Assembly: GCF_006345805.1 (NCBI RefSeq)
Contig: NW_021835301.1
Coordinates: forward strand, 1-47,184
DNA: 47,184 nt
Direction: 5' to 3'
Source of the DNA: Octopus sinensis
Lineage: Eukaryota
The notes beneath the pieces were generated by a model. The model made no database searches. It was not told the origin of the DNA and saw nothing but the letters and a program-made list of their open reading frames with translations. A program made the translations under genes and the position numbers. The first letter of the stretch is position 1; every line of letters begins with the position of its first letter. This document shows positions 11,683 to 24,215 of the stretch, piece by piece.

Positions 11683-11850
11683 GATTAATAAAATTCTTCC
11701 TCTAAGTAAAGTGTCGGTTTTTAACAAAGATACAAAACCCCATTATTGGAATCTGGACAAAATATAAAAAAAAAACTGTCACGTTTTGAATTTGAATAAA
11801 GTCTTACATATTTTTACTTTCGGAAAGATTGCAAATGTAACATGTGAGTA
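11683..11850 (-). mobile_element. second, diverged 3' end of the same R4/Dong-like family
   Basis: Minus strand reads LHLQS, frameshift, KVKICKTLFKFKT* (compare LRVQSVSGTVKICKTFLKF* at 5775). The 3' UTR shares ttgtatctttgtt..aaac and ag.ggaaga.ttt with 5690-5750. Confidence 0.7.
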
Positions 11851-11924
11851 AACATATTCCTTTGTAAGCCTAGTACTTATTCAATCGGTCTCTTTTTGCC
11901 GAGTAAGCACTTTGGTTAGGCTGG

Positions 11925-12140
11925 TGGTGTGGGCATCAGAGGTGAGCTGCTAATACATCTATGTTTTGAATGTCACATCGTGCTGATCGTCGAAGGTGAA
12001 GACCAACTGCAGAGAACGGTGAAGGCTTCGTTGAATAATGTTGTCAAAAAGAACCTTATACATGAAGGACGAACATACGGAGCGTGATTTTGGAAGGCTC
12101 TGTGGAACATTATATGACTGTTCATTTAAGTTTGACCAGA
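11925..12140 (+). pseudogene. possible L1/Tx1 ORF2 C-terminal zinc-finger relic
   Basis: WCGHQ (shifted frame) then ELLIHLCFEC...FWKALWNII resembles Cx2C...E..H...C...W..W. Short and degenerate. Confidence 0.25.
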
Positions 12141-12299
12141 CCCAGTGTTAAACAACAACAACAACAACAACACCATATCAGAACAAATTTATCAGAACAC
12201 GGATGTTCACGAAAGACAAGGTACTAAATAAAGATATCAACATAAAACACAAAACAAACAATAGCAATAACAAAAAACAGCCACAACTACTACAGCTGC

Positions 12300-12330
<31 letters not shown>

Positions 12331-12612
12331 TCCTGATGTTGCTAACAGTATTACCTCGGCAGTAAATAAGATGAAAAGAGAGTGTAAGAAAGATAGGCAA
12401 GGTCGAAGCGAGTAAAGTTTTTAACAGAGCACAGTGAACCAACGGCGCTAATTGTGAATGTGTCACGTGATGAGTCTATATGCAGATTTTCACGTGAGAT
12501 ACCATCGTGGGGTGGCGCGGTCGGGGCTGCCTATGACTCTTTTTGCCGATTACTATTTTTAAGTACATATGTTTATCATCAATACACGTGTATGATGTAA
12601 TGTACCGTATAG

Positions 12613-12661
<49 letters not shown>

Positions 12662-12861
12662 TATATATATATATATATATATGTATATATTATATATATA
12701 TATATATATAATATATATAATGATATATATATATATCTATATATATGTATGTATATGCAAATATATGCATAACATACAATATATGTGTGTGTCTGCACAT
12801 AAGCATCTATATATACACAGGTGTACAGGTATAAATACTTACATATACAACTGTATACGTG

Positions 12862-12908
<47 letters not shown>

Positions 12909-13038
12909 TTGTGTGTGTGTGCGTGTGTGTGTACGAGTGTCTGTGTCTGTGTATATATACACAGATATACATATTTATATTTTTGAATATATGTATGTAA
13001 ACATTCACGAAGGATGTATATATATGTGTGTGTGTGTG

Positions 13039-13072
<34 letters not shown>

Positions 13073-13219
13073 CTGCATGCGGCTGCACGTGATACTTGGT
13101 AGGAAGCGAGAGGCCAGTGATAAAATCTAAACTGTGCAACACTTCATATCCATATGTTCAACGTTCTTTTTCAATTTGCCAACCAATTCTTCTTATCTTC
13201 TCCCATTCTATGTCTTGGT

Positions 13220-13604
13220 CTATTTTAGTCGTCATCATCATCATCATCAACTTCCTACCCCCTCCCCATCATCATCATCATCATCATCATCATTATCATC
13301 ATTATCATCATCCCTACCTCCACTCTCCCACCACCACCACACCACCACCACCACCACCACCACCACCACCACCGCCACCATCGCTCCCACCGCTGTCGCC
13401 ACCATCACCATCATCACCATCATCATCGTCGACAGCAGCTGCAACTGTCTTCCTCTTATCACTTCTCGTCATCACCACCACCACCGCCAGCGCCGCCGTC
13501 AATGCCGTCATCATCATCGTCATCACCTTCACCACATGCAGCAGCAGTATCATCATCAGCATCAGCTTCTGCCACATGGTTTTGCTTGCTCATTTTTTGA
13601 ATCA

Positions 13605-13664
<60 letters not shown>

Positions 13665-13665
13665 G
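13220..13665. repeat. compound trinucleotide repeat (CAT/CAC/ACT)
   Basis: Direct reading; explains the poly-H/P/T/L ORFs here. Confidence 0.9.
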
Positions 13666-14818
13666 CATACCACTGGCTACTCTTACTACTTGGTATTACA
13701 TCCTTTCGGTATTGGTCTATTACTCTCTCATAATGATGCTCTCTGTTAAGGAAAACTGAAATGAATATATTATCGCACGTGGTACCTACATCCAGCCAAG
13801 TGGACTGTGTCCCATTGTCACCCGCAAACAGTAGTGAATGGTAAGGCTTTGTCTGCGTGGTATACCTCATTGTGGTACCTATTTATGTAACTGACTAAAA
13901 ACAGAATGTGGTACCTGAGGCGGTTTTAAGCTCTCGATGATATCTTGAGGCTCGTCTTCTGGAGGAGCGTGCAGAAAAACCTGAATCTTTAGTGTTCAAG
14001 TTAGAGAGGGTGGAAAGGCGGTACCCAGCAACGTCGCTGTGAGACGGGTACCTCATAGCACTTTGAGACAATTAAGTTACCCGGTTTATTTCCACTGCAT
14101 TTCAGCTTTATCTCCTTTTCTGCGCACAGTTAAAAAAAATCAGTGATAAGAAAATGAGTCTGATCGTCCGGCACAGCTTCTCTCATTATTATCTCGTTCA
14201 AACACAAATCAAGATTCGAAATAAAATATATTAAAAAATAACAAAATAAAAGCAGTCGGCGAACATATTGGCCTTCATTATTTGGTGGCTCCAAGTTTTG
14301 TATTTCTGCTTTCATCGTCTAAAACAACGATTCAGAGGTCCTTAACTTTATAAGAATGCTTACATCACCTAAAATGTTTAGATTTCACTAACCTAGGCAC
14401 AAAGAAAGACTAATTTAGATGAATCACTGCTGATATACTGCTGATACACACTCTCACCTAAATATCATGATAAATAGAGCACACACACACACACACACGC
14501 ACACACACACACACAAACACACACATACACACATACACACGCGCTTGCACATAAATCCGTCTGTTCTGTGTTCCTGCATATGTATATATCTGGGTGTGTG
14601 CGTGATTGCGTGTCTGTGTAAATGCGTGTGGAGGGTTACGCGTTTGCGTGCATGCATAAATACACAAATACATATATTTGTATAGATTCACATATATGGG
14701 TCTATATACAGCCATACTACGTATGTAGATACACACATACATACATGTACATACATACATGACATACATTATATATATATACAATATATAGAAATATTGC
14801 GCGTGTTGTGTGTATATA

Positions 14819-14853
<35 letters not shown>

Positions 14854-15124
14854 TATATATATATTATATATATATATATATATATATTACATACATACAT
14901 TATATATATATATGTATGTTGTGTGTCGGGGAGGGGGGTATAAGTGTTTGGGGAGAGAGTAAGACAAAATGAGAGATGGAAAAAAAAAATTCAACTGCAA
15001 AAATTCAAAGGAAACTGAGTTAACACAAAAACTAACACAAACGAAACAAAAGCAATGACGTAAGGGGGAGAACGAGACCCTTACAACAACGCATCTTTTA
15101 AGCATTCACTTAGACCTACATACA

Positions 15125-15163
<39 letters not shown>

Positions 15164-15788
15164 CTGTTTGTGCGCCTATATATTATATATATGTGTGTGT
15201 GTGTTGGTGTGTTCACCTAGTATTTCCCTCCCCAAATGTTAAGTACAAGCTGCTTGCCACACTCATCTGATATCGGGAATGTTACAAACTCATCTGTTAT
15301 ATATACAGCAGAAAAGAAGAAAAAAAAATGCGACTTGACGGGTGGAGGAAGCGGAAGATATATACGTGCGTCTACCTGTGTACTGGGTTGTGTGCGTGTG
15401 TGTGTGTGTATGAGTATGTGTATGTGTATATGTATGTATGTATGCATGTATATATGTATTTGTGTGTGTATATATAATATATATATATATATATATAGAT
15501 GACACGTGTGCACATTACCTAATATGCTGTATGTACACCTATAAATCCAGACATACATACACACATATACAAACACAAACACACACACGCATATATATAT
15601 ATATATATACATATATATTTATATATACACACACACATATATATATATATATATTCTTAAATACGTATGTAGGTATATGTATATATATATGTATATATAT
15701 ACGTGTGTATATATACTCTGTATTTGCGCGAGGGAATCATCCTCATCACATCACCATCATCATTATCGTCATCATCATCGTTTTCCTT

Positions 15789-15821
<33 letters not shown>

Positions 15822-16213
15822 TGTCATAAACAGTTCTCAGAAGTAGTAACTGGTGCTAGGTGTATGTGTGTGCATTTGCGTATATTTGCATGTGTGTGTG
15901 TATGAGGACAAGCACAGCGGGGAGTGCATGTACCGCAGTGTGTTGCTTGCCGGGTAGGTTTGGTATGGGTGGCAGCAGATGATGTGGGGTAGACGGGTGA
16001 GCATAAGTCTATTCTATACAACTCTTGGGTATACAAATGCCAATTTCGGGTATGGAACAAGTTTAGAATGAGTAATAGCTCGACTACGGGTGTATACCCT
16101 CTGACTCATTCATACTTGTAGGTATGTATGGAGGTATGCAGGTACATACATACATACATACACATGTATATACACACAAATTACCATGCAAACATATCCT
16201 ATATCTATCTATA

Positions 16214-16252
<39 letters not shown>

Positions 16253-16474
16253 TATGTATGTTATATAATGTATAATATATATACATATATATATTTATAT
16301 CTATATTCATATATACACACACCACACACACACATATATATATATAATATTATATATATATATATATACAAATACATATATATAATGAATGTATATGTAT
16401 ATGTATTAAGATATATATTTATATGTATATATATAGTAATATATATTATATTATATATATTATATATATATATG

Positions 16475-16538
<64 letters not shown>

Positions 16539-16555
16539 ATATATTTTAGGGTGAT

Positions 16556-16775
16556 ATGCTTTATTATAAAGCTGCAAACATCACTCACAAAATTAGAAAA
16601 AAAAAAAAGACTGCAACTCAGAGTTTCACGTTTCCGTTCGCAGGTGGATGTGATTCTGAATCGCATCCACCCGACGAACGGAAGTGTTGAAACTCTGAGT
16701 AGCAGATTTTTTTCTTCTTATTTTGTGTGTGATGTTTTCTTTCGTAATGTTTTTGCAGCTTTGATAATAACGCAT
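16556..16775. repeat. ~220 bp imperfect palindrome (foldback/MITE-like) with near-perfect 95 nt core hairpin
   Basis: Core 16611-16705: ctgcaactcagagtttca...ttccgttcg...ggtggatgtgattc pairs with gaatcgcatccacc...cgaacggaa...tgaaactctgagtagcag. Outer arms atgctttattataaagctgcaaacatcactcacaaaat and attttgtgtgtgatgtttt...gcagctttgataataacgcat. Confidence 0.85.
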
Positions 16776-16782
16776 GTTCTTT

Positions 16783-16985
16783 TATACGCTTACAGGTTTC
16801 AGTCTTTGGACTGTGGCCAGATTGGAGCACCATCTTTATCGAAGGAATCAACCCCCAGGACTTATTCTTTATAATCCCAGTACTTATTCTATCGGTCGCT
16901 TTTGCCGAACTGCTCAGTTACGAGGACATAAACACACGAAAATCGGTTGTCAAGGATGGTGGGGGACAAACACAGAACACACAAA
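16783..16985 (-). mobile_element. SINE type A 3' half
   Basis: ccaggacttattctttataatcccagtacttattctatcggtc...gttgtcaaggatggtgggggacaaacacag is the reverse complement of the type A 3' block; it ends at the microsatellite. Confidence 0.85.
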
Positions 16986-17003
16986 CATAAATTATACATA
17001 CAT

Positions 17004-17051
<48 letters not shown>

Positions 17052-17164
17052 AGACCGCGCTTCTTACATTTTCCATCTCCCTAATTCACTCCCAAGGCTT
17101 TGATATATATGTACACCACACACACACTGTTATATACCTTTTATCTTTTACTCTCTATATATGT

Positions 17165-17335
17165 TTTAGTCATTAGACTGTGGCCATGCTGGAGTATCGC
17201 CTTTGAAATTTTTTCTTTTACGCCTGACGGTTAGTCTAATCGGTGTCTTTGCAGAGTCACTAGTTACCGGACGTAAACACACTCACACGGTCATCAAGCG
17301 GGGCAAGGGGAGAAAAGGCGACACAAGGACACACA
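17165..17335 (-). mobile_element. SINE type A 3' half, degraded
   Basis: gtcattagactgtggccatgctggag...ggacgtaaacac. Confidence 0.7.
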
Positions 17336-17343
17336 CATAAATA

Positions 17344-17417
<74 letters not shown>

Positions 17418-17879
17418 ATATATATATTGTGTATATATATAATATATTATATAGATAGATAGATAGATACACGTATATGTGTGTGTGTGAGTGTATGCTT
17501 CATATGCATCTGTATATATATCTAGAAATGTATAAGTGTGAGTGAACAGCTGCTTGCATCTTTTACATATTCGGTTGACAATCTAAAAGTTCCATGATAT
17601 TAAGTGGCCTCATTTGCAGTTTTCTCTTTTGGTTGACTCAGGGTCTGTGATTTATATAAATTCGCCAGATTGCGACAACGTAGAAGCCTCTGAGATGGAC
17701 GTCAAATGGAATTCGACGCGTGGCTTCATCATGCTCTGTCTTGCTGATTCAAGATAAATATACCCTTAAGGCCGCGGGGGCCAGAGGAAGACTCCGGCAC
17801 TTTCTGTTTATAATTAAAGGAATTTTTCAGTTGGTCGAACAAATTACTTACCACTGAAAACCTGAAGATGGCCCTATCG

Positions 17880-18075
17880 TTAAGAGTCCGGACAAAACGT
17901 TAAGCGGCATTTCTTTCGTCTTTACGCTCTGATTAAAAATTACACCGCGGTCGATTTTTCCTGCCCACCTTTCGAGGTCGATAAGATATAAATATCATTT
18001 GAAGACTGGGGTGGATTTAAATAGCTAGTCTTCCCCACCACTAAAATTGTTGGACTTGAGGCCGAAATGGGAAGC
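17880..18075 (+). mobile_element. SINE type B, degraded
   Basis: taagcggcatttctttcgtctttacgctctga...ggtcgatttttcctgcccacctttcgaggtcgataa...aaattgttggacttgaggcc. Confidence 0.55.
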
Positions 18076-18709
18076 CATTATTCGAATGTTTACCAAACCC
18101 ATCTTCTGTGTGTGTATGTGTGTGTGCGTGTGTGTGTGTGTAACTATATGCGCGGATGGCTGTATTAGAGTTTGTTAGTTGTCTGAAGATGTGAAGATGT
18201 TCAGGCCGTTCTCTCAGCGTGTGTGTTGATAGGATGCTTAATAATCTGGGTGAAATGAAACAGGCGGAACCAAGAAATCGAAATTGTGTCAAGGAATCGT
18301 TTCATCTGAATACCGTTTCGCATAAAGTAGTGTTCCTTACATTTCGAATGACGACGACGCCAAACAATTCACACAATTTCAGATTTAGTCACATGAGCAG
18401 AAATTTTTCACGCATGTGCATTAGACGATTGTATCGCTGCTCGCTCTTTGTCTGCTAAGTCATTTCATCTGTTTCGTAAGAATGAAAAGCAAATCGGTGT
18501 GATTTGAACTCAGAATATACAGAACTGGATTAAATTTCGCAACACATTTTTCCAAAGGCCTCAAAAGATTCTATCGTCGCGCCAATTCTTCGATGCCATT
18601 GACCAAAGTTGATATCAATGGCTTTCTTTTTCAGATTCTGTCATTTTTATTCCACTTTTACTTGTTCCAATGACTGTGTGTGGAGTGTTCGAATGACTGT
18701 GTGTGTGCG

Positions 18710-18890
18710 TGTGTGTCCCAACATCGCTTCACAACCAATGCTGGTGTGTTTACGTCACGTAATATAGCGGTTCGGCAGAAGAGGCCGATAGAATAATACC
18801 AGGCTTACACAGAGTAAGTCTTGGGGTCGATTTGCTCGACGGTGCTCCAGCATGGCTGCAGTTAAAATGACTGAAACAAGTAAAAGAAAC
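18710..18890 (+). mobile_element. SINE type A 3' half
   Basis: gtcccaacatcgcttcacaaccaatgctggtgtgtttacgtc...ggtgctccagcatggctgcagttaaaatgactgaaacaagtaaaag. Confidence 0.85.
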
Positions 18891-19054
18891 AAAAATATGT
18901 GTGTATATGTATTTATGCCTGTATGTGTGTGCTCACGATTACCTTTATAGATTAATATTATTTTCTTGTGAATAACAATTTCAATGGATTCATAAGTGTT
19001 AACAAAGTCATTTTAACACAATAATATCTTAACAATTCATAAAAATTTACTCCA

Positions 19055-19141
<87 letters not shown>
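19055..19141. repeat. (AAT)n microsatellite, ~28 units, one interruption
   Basis: Direct reading of the sequence. Confidence 0.95.
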
Positions 19142-19143
<2 letters not shown>

Positions 19144-19987
19144 GAAAAGCATGCAAAAAGACATTTCATTGAAATAAACAAAAACGTAAATAAGTAACTA
19201 AGAGAAACATAATAAAAGGTGACAAAAAGAAAATTGCAGAGAATAAGACTTGAAAGAAAAAACTACATAATAAACAACAAAACAACGACATGAACGTTAA
19301 CAAGAAGAACATCGCCAAATAATAAATAATGGAATCATAAAACAAATGTTAACGTTGGAAACTTCAAATGTGAAGTGAAAATGTATTTTTGGTGTTGAAG
19401 AAATTTTCTTAGCTCTTTTGATCTCTTTTAATTCTATAACAAATTGCTAATTAAAAATAATAAAAACAATCAATTATGCGAAGAAAGAAAATATAAAACC
19501 ACAATAAAAGCCAAAATCACTGGAAATAAAGTTTTTTTTCATCGTTTTTATTTTCTTCTTTTCTTAATGTTGTTGTTGTTTGTGTTGTCATCGCTGTTGC
19601 TGTTAATGTTATTCCTGCTTGTTATGTATTTTCTTTTTTTTTATTGTTGTTTTTTTGTGTTTTCTACATTGTATTTCGTGTTATTATTTTTTTTCTTCAA
19701 TTTTTGACATTCTATTTTTTTTTTCTCAGGGATAAATAATCCGAAAGAGTTTGTTAATTAATTGCAATTAACGTCTGTTTTTGTTATTTCAGATAACGAA
19801 ATTCAAGGATAAAGTCTCGTTCCTCTTTTTTTTTCTCTATTTTCCTTTTTACATTTTGTGCATTATTGCTACAATAATTATTGTTATTGTTATCAATATT
19901 GTTTTGTTATAATTATGAAGTTTGAAGTTGAAGATATTTCAGCGAGAGAAACGTACAACACGATTATAAATTATAACACATACACAT

Positions 19988-20050
<63 letters not shown>

Positions 20051-20089
20051 AACACACACAAACACACTTATGTATGAAAGGTATTGATA

Positions 20090-20854
20090 TCCAGAAGACC
20101 CACAATGACAGGTAACGGTATGTAAGTGCTATGAAAAGAGCGTAGTTAAACTCTCGGTTCGATAATAATGCGAGGGAGGAGTCTAATGCGGGTCTTGTAA
20201 GATCAGGCATATGGTAAATAAAAGGAGACAACAAAGCCGAGGATGTGTGGACTTTTCAGGACATTTATAAAGAGATAGTCTTACAGCAGTGTCTGGGATC
20301 TTAAGGTTATCCCTTCATCAGAGACGAAGTTTTTGCCCCGGCAGCTGACACTGAACGGAAAAAAACATCGCGTCGAAATCGATCAAGAACTCCGTAAGCG
20401 TTCCGCTTACGACCCGTCTTTCAGGTCGAGGACTATCAATGGTGACGACCGTTGGGTCTGCACAGCAGAGCCGCAGCTCAATCAAGAGTATGACAATCAT
20501 ATTTTTCGATATCCGCCATCTTGTTCATTGAGAATTAATCCGCCATCGAGAGTTGAGGGAGGACATCCAGCGAAAGCGACCGGATCGAGGGAACGCCAAG
20601 TATTGGGTTCTTCCCGACAGCAATGCATCCAGTCGCTAAACACTCCTCACTCTTGACATTCTCGCCAAAAACAACATGGTATCGCTTCTACAGACTTCCA
20701 GCAATGATTCTAGTAGTGGCAGGATCGCTGAGACTGGAGTATTGCTGCGCAAGGTGACTATTTCGAAAGAGATGATATTGAAACTTAGTTAAATAAGTGA
20801 ATTTTTTTTTATCAAGCATAATTAGTCCGGGAAGTTTCTAGATGCCGCCTCGTA
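20090..20854 (+). mobile_element. decayed mariner (Tc1/mariner) transposase with internal deletion and right TIR
   Basis: TKFLPRQLTLNGKKHRVEIDQELRKRSAYDPSFRSRTINGDDRWV (WVPxxLT...RIITGDExW region). Another frame gives ELREDIQRKRPD...WVLPDSNA...DILAKNNMVSL (HDNA region). C-terminus WQDR*DWSIAAQGDYFE (20717-20767). Right end reads tacgaggcggcatctagaaacttcccgg in reverse, ending in TA at 20853-20854. Confidence 0.85.
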
Positions 20855-20974
20855 TATATGTCTATATGAATATGTATATATCATTTAATGGAGACGGTCA
20901 CTGGCTAGTGTACTATTTCTGTCGATCTTACTTTAACGCAACAGCAAACTTTACTGTATATGAATATAAACGTG

Positions 20975-21382
20975 GACTGACTGTGTGGTAAGTAGCTTGT
21001 TTACCAACCACATGGTTCCGGGCTCAGTCCCACTGCGTGGCAACTTGGGCAAGTGTCTTCTACTATAGCCTCTGGCCAACCAAAACCTTGTGAGTGGATT
21101 TTGTAGACGGAAACTGATAGAAGCCCGTCGTATATATGTATATATATATGTATATAAGTGTGTGTATTTGTTTGTGTGTCTGTGTTTGTCCTCCCGACAT
21201 AGCTTGACAACCGATGCTGGTGTGTTTACGTGCCTGTAACTTTGCAGTTCGACAAAACAGACTGATAGAATAAGTACTAGGCTTATAAAGAATAAGTCCT
21301 GGGGTCGATTTGCTCGAATAAAGGCGGTGCTCCAGGATGGCCGCAGTCAAATGACTGAAACAAGTAAAAGAGTAAAGAGTAA
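20975..21382 (+). mobile_element. tRNA-derived SINE type A, full length reference copy
   Basis: A-box-like tgtgtggtaag, B-box-like ggttccgggctcagtccc, body, internal (TA)/(TG) tract at 21130-21180, 3' block and a gtaaaagagtaaagagtaaa repeat tail. Confidence 0.92.
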
Positions 21383-22386
21383 ATATCTATCTATATGTAT
21401 ATATATATGTATATATATAGAAATATATATGTTTGAATATATATATACATACACATACACACATATATATGTGTGTATGTGCTCGTGTGTGCGCATGTAT
21501 ATTTGCGTGTATCTATATACATATACATAGATGTGCGCATATTAATCCAAACACACACACAGACATACATATGTATGTATGTACGTATGTATGTATGTAT
21601 GTATGTATGTATGTATGTATGTATGTATGTATGTATGTATGTATGCATGTATGTGTTACAGTCACTCAATGTATTTATGTAACTGAAAGTGTTTGGGTGA
21701 AAACTGTTATTATTTTGAAGTTACATCTCACAAAGGTTTTGAAAGTCTGTCCATGGAGAATATTATTAAAAATTGAAGAGTTATTATTTAAGATTTTCAA
21801 GTGGTCAGTGAGATGTCAAGATTTTAATATTTGAGAGATTCAAGCCTTGCGAGAAAGTCTGTTTATCAGCGCCATCTGTCAGGTTTTGAGTACGATACAT
21901 TAAAGCCACCGAACATCGCATTCCTATTATCTAACAAAGGAAACCGTTTCAATCAGCAGAACTTTCACAGTGATAACCTCCACGATTTTTATTGTTATGT
22001 TGCTGGATCATGCGACGAGCATACATACATATATTCGTACATAGATACGTACACACATACATCGCCATACACACACATATCTATATACTTAGAGTCAGTG
22101 TCTAAACACAGCCCTCTCTCTCTATGTACACTATATATATGTGTAGTGCATATATATATTATGTAATATATATATAATATCTATATATATTATAATATAA
22201 TATATATATATTATATTATATATATATAAATTTGTGTGTGTATACATAATATATGCATATATGTATATATATATTTATATATATTGGGTTTTTTTCATTT
22301 TATTTGTGAAAGTCATTTGACTGCAGACATGATGAAGCAGCGCCTTTCGTCGAACGTATCGACCCACGTATATTATATATATGTTG

Positions 22387-22437
<51 letters not shown>

Positions 22438-22439
22438 TT

Positions 22440-22632
22440 CTTTTACTGCTCACAGGGGGCTTAACATAGAGGGGACAAGCAAGGACAGACTAAGGTAGTA
22501 AGTCGATTACATCGGCCCCAGTGCGTGACTGGTAGTTATTTAATCGACTCCGAAAGGTGAATGGCAAAGTCGACCTCGGCGGAATTTGAAATCAGAACGT
22601 AACGGCAGACAAAATACCGCTGAGCATTTCGC
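22440..22632 (-). mobile_element. SINE type B with an alternative 3' tail
   Basis: The body (gttctgatttcaaattccgccgaggtcgactttgcc...gccgatgtaatcgact) matches type B, but the tail is ccttgcttgtcccctctatgttaagccccctgtgagcagtaaaa. Confidence 0.85.
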
Positions 22633-22866
22633 ACGTGTATATGTATATGTGTGTGGAAGCTCAAATGCGTGTATATTTATGTATGCATGTGCACATACAT
22701 ACCAATGTATGTATGAATGTATCTATCTATACTCACACGCACATACACATACATGCACACACACATATCTATACATATGTGTGTATATATAATCATATAT
22801 ATGCAGATACGTATATGTGGGTGTTTTATGTATGTGTATATACATGTGTATACATACACATGTAAT

Positions 22867-22904
<38 letters not shown>

Positions 22905-23059
22905 GTATATACATATATATACAGGTATATGTGTCTGTATGAACAAATGCCTATGCATACACAAACACGTGCGTACACACACGAACAGACGTATTAATTT
23001 TCCTCCAAGCACTTCAGATCCACGCCACAACCTCGCGCCTAATAAAGCATAATACGTTT

Positions 23060-23099
23060 GTTTAGCTGAGGACAAGTTGCGTGTTGGAACGTCTTAAAC
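23060..23099 (+). ncRNA. hammerhead-like motif, one A short in the GAAA segment
   Basis: gtttag CTGAGGA caa-gttgcgtg-ttg GAA cGTC ttaaac. Stem I gtttag/ttaaac (one G-U pair), stem II caa/ttg. Confidence 0.4.
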
Positions 23100-23539
23100 G
23101 GCCAGTGTCTTTTTTGTGCCAACCTTCTGGCTGTCTGTTCAGTTAAACCACTAAAATATGGACACAAAGGGTCTGTAAGTAGAACTCAACTCTATAATGC
23201 CGGATTAACGAAATCTCCTTGATGGATAAGTCTCTCTTGCTTATCTTCTCAGGTGGCGTCTCTGAAACATACTTATATGTGTGTGTATGTAGGTATGTAA
23301 TTATGATTTTACATGTACCGTGGCGTTCTTGTATAAAACTGTGCCGGTAATTGTATATTTCTCAAGCAATATGCACCCACACACACAGACACCCACGTGT
23401 ATATATATTCACATACACGGATATATATATGTATATGAATGTATATATGTATGTATGTTTGTATTTATGTATGTATGCCGATATGTATGTAGGCGAGTAT
23501 AAATCTGCTTTTGTGTAATCATGTGTGTGTATATATAAT

Positions 23540-23629
<90 letters not shown>

Positions 23630-23786
23630 ATAATAATAAATATTAGGGAATAAATCCAAATTTACAAGAAAAAATCAGATTTAGGATGAATCCAATTTTA
23701 TAGTAAAATATTATATAAATTATTTTATGTATTGGCTTAAGTCTTTCTTTGTTTGATTTGCATAATAGTGGTTTTGTCTCTAATTT

Positions 23787-23828
<42 letters not shown>

Positions 23829-24021
23829 GTGTGTATGTATTTATTTAATGTGAATTGTTGTTACCGCTGGACACGAATTCTATGGAATATAAGCAATTAC
23901 TAATTTCTAACTTCGTTACATATACACTTTATTTATCTGTCTATCTAGGTCTCTTTTTACCAAATCTCTCTCCATTTCTCTGTCTCTCTGTCACTGTCTG
24001 TCTGCTTGTTTGTCTTTATAC

Positions 24022-24066
<45 letters not shown>

Positions 24067-24092
24067 CACATACATATGTACACAGATACACC

Positions 24093-24142
<50 letters not shown>

Positions 24143-24176
24143 CAAATAGATTTATAAGTCTTCATATGGGGAGAGA

Positions 24177-24215
<39 letters not shown>

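Noticed and set aside
17860-17900. CTGAAGA tggcc... hammerhead candidate
   Set aside because: Stem II does not pair and GAAA is absent; it runs into a SINE B head.
20290-20325. Minus-strand CTGATGA aggg-ataa-cctt
   Set aside because: Followed by AAGA, not GAAA, with no stem III or stem I; it lies inside the mariner coding relic.
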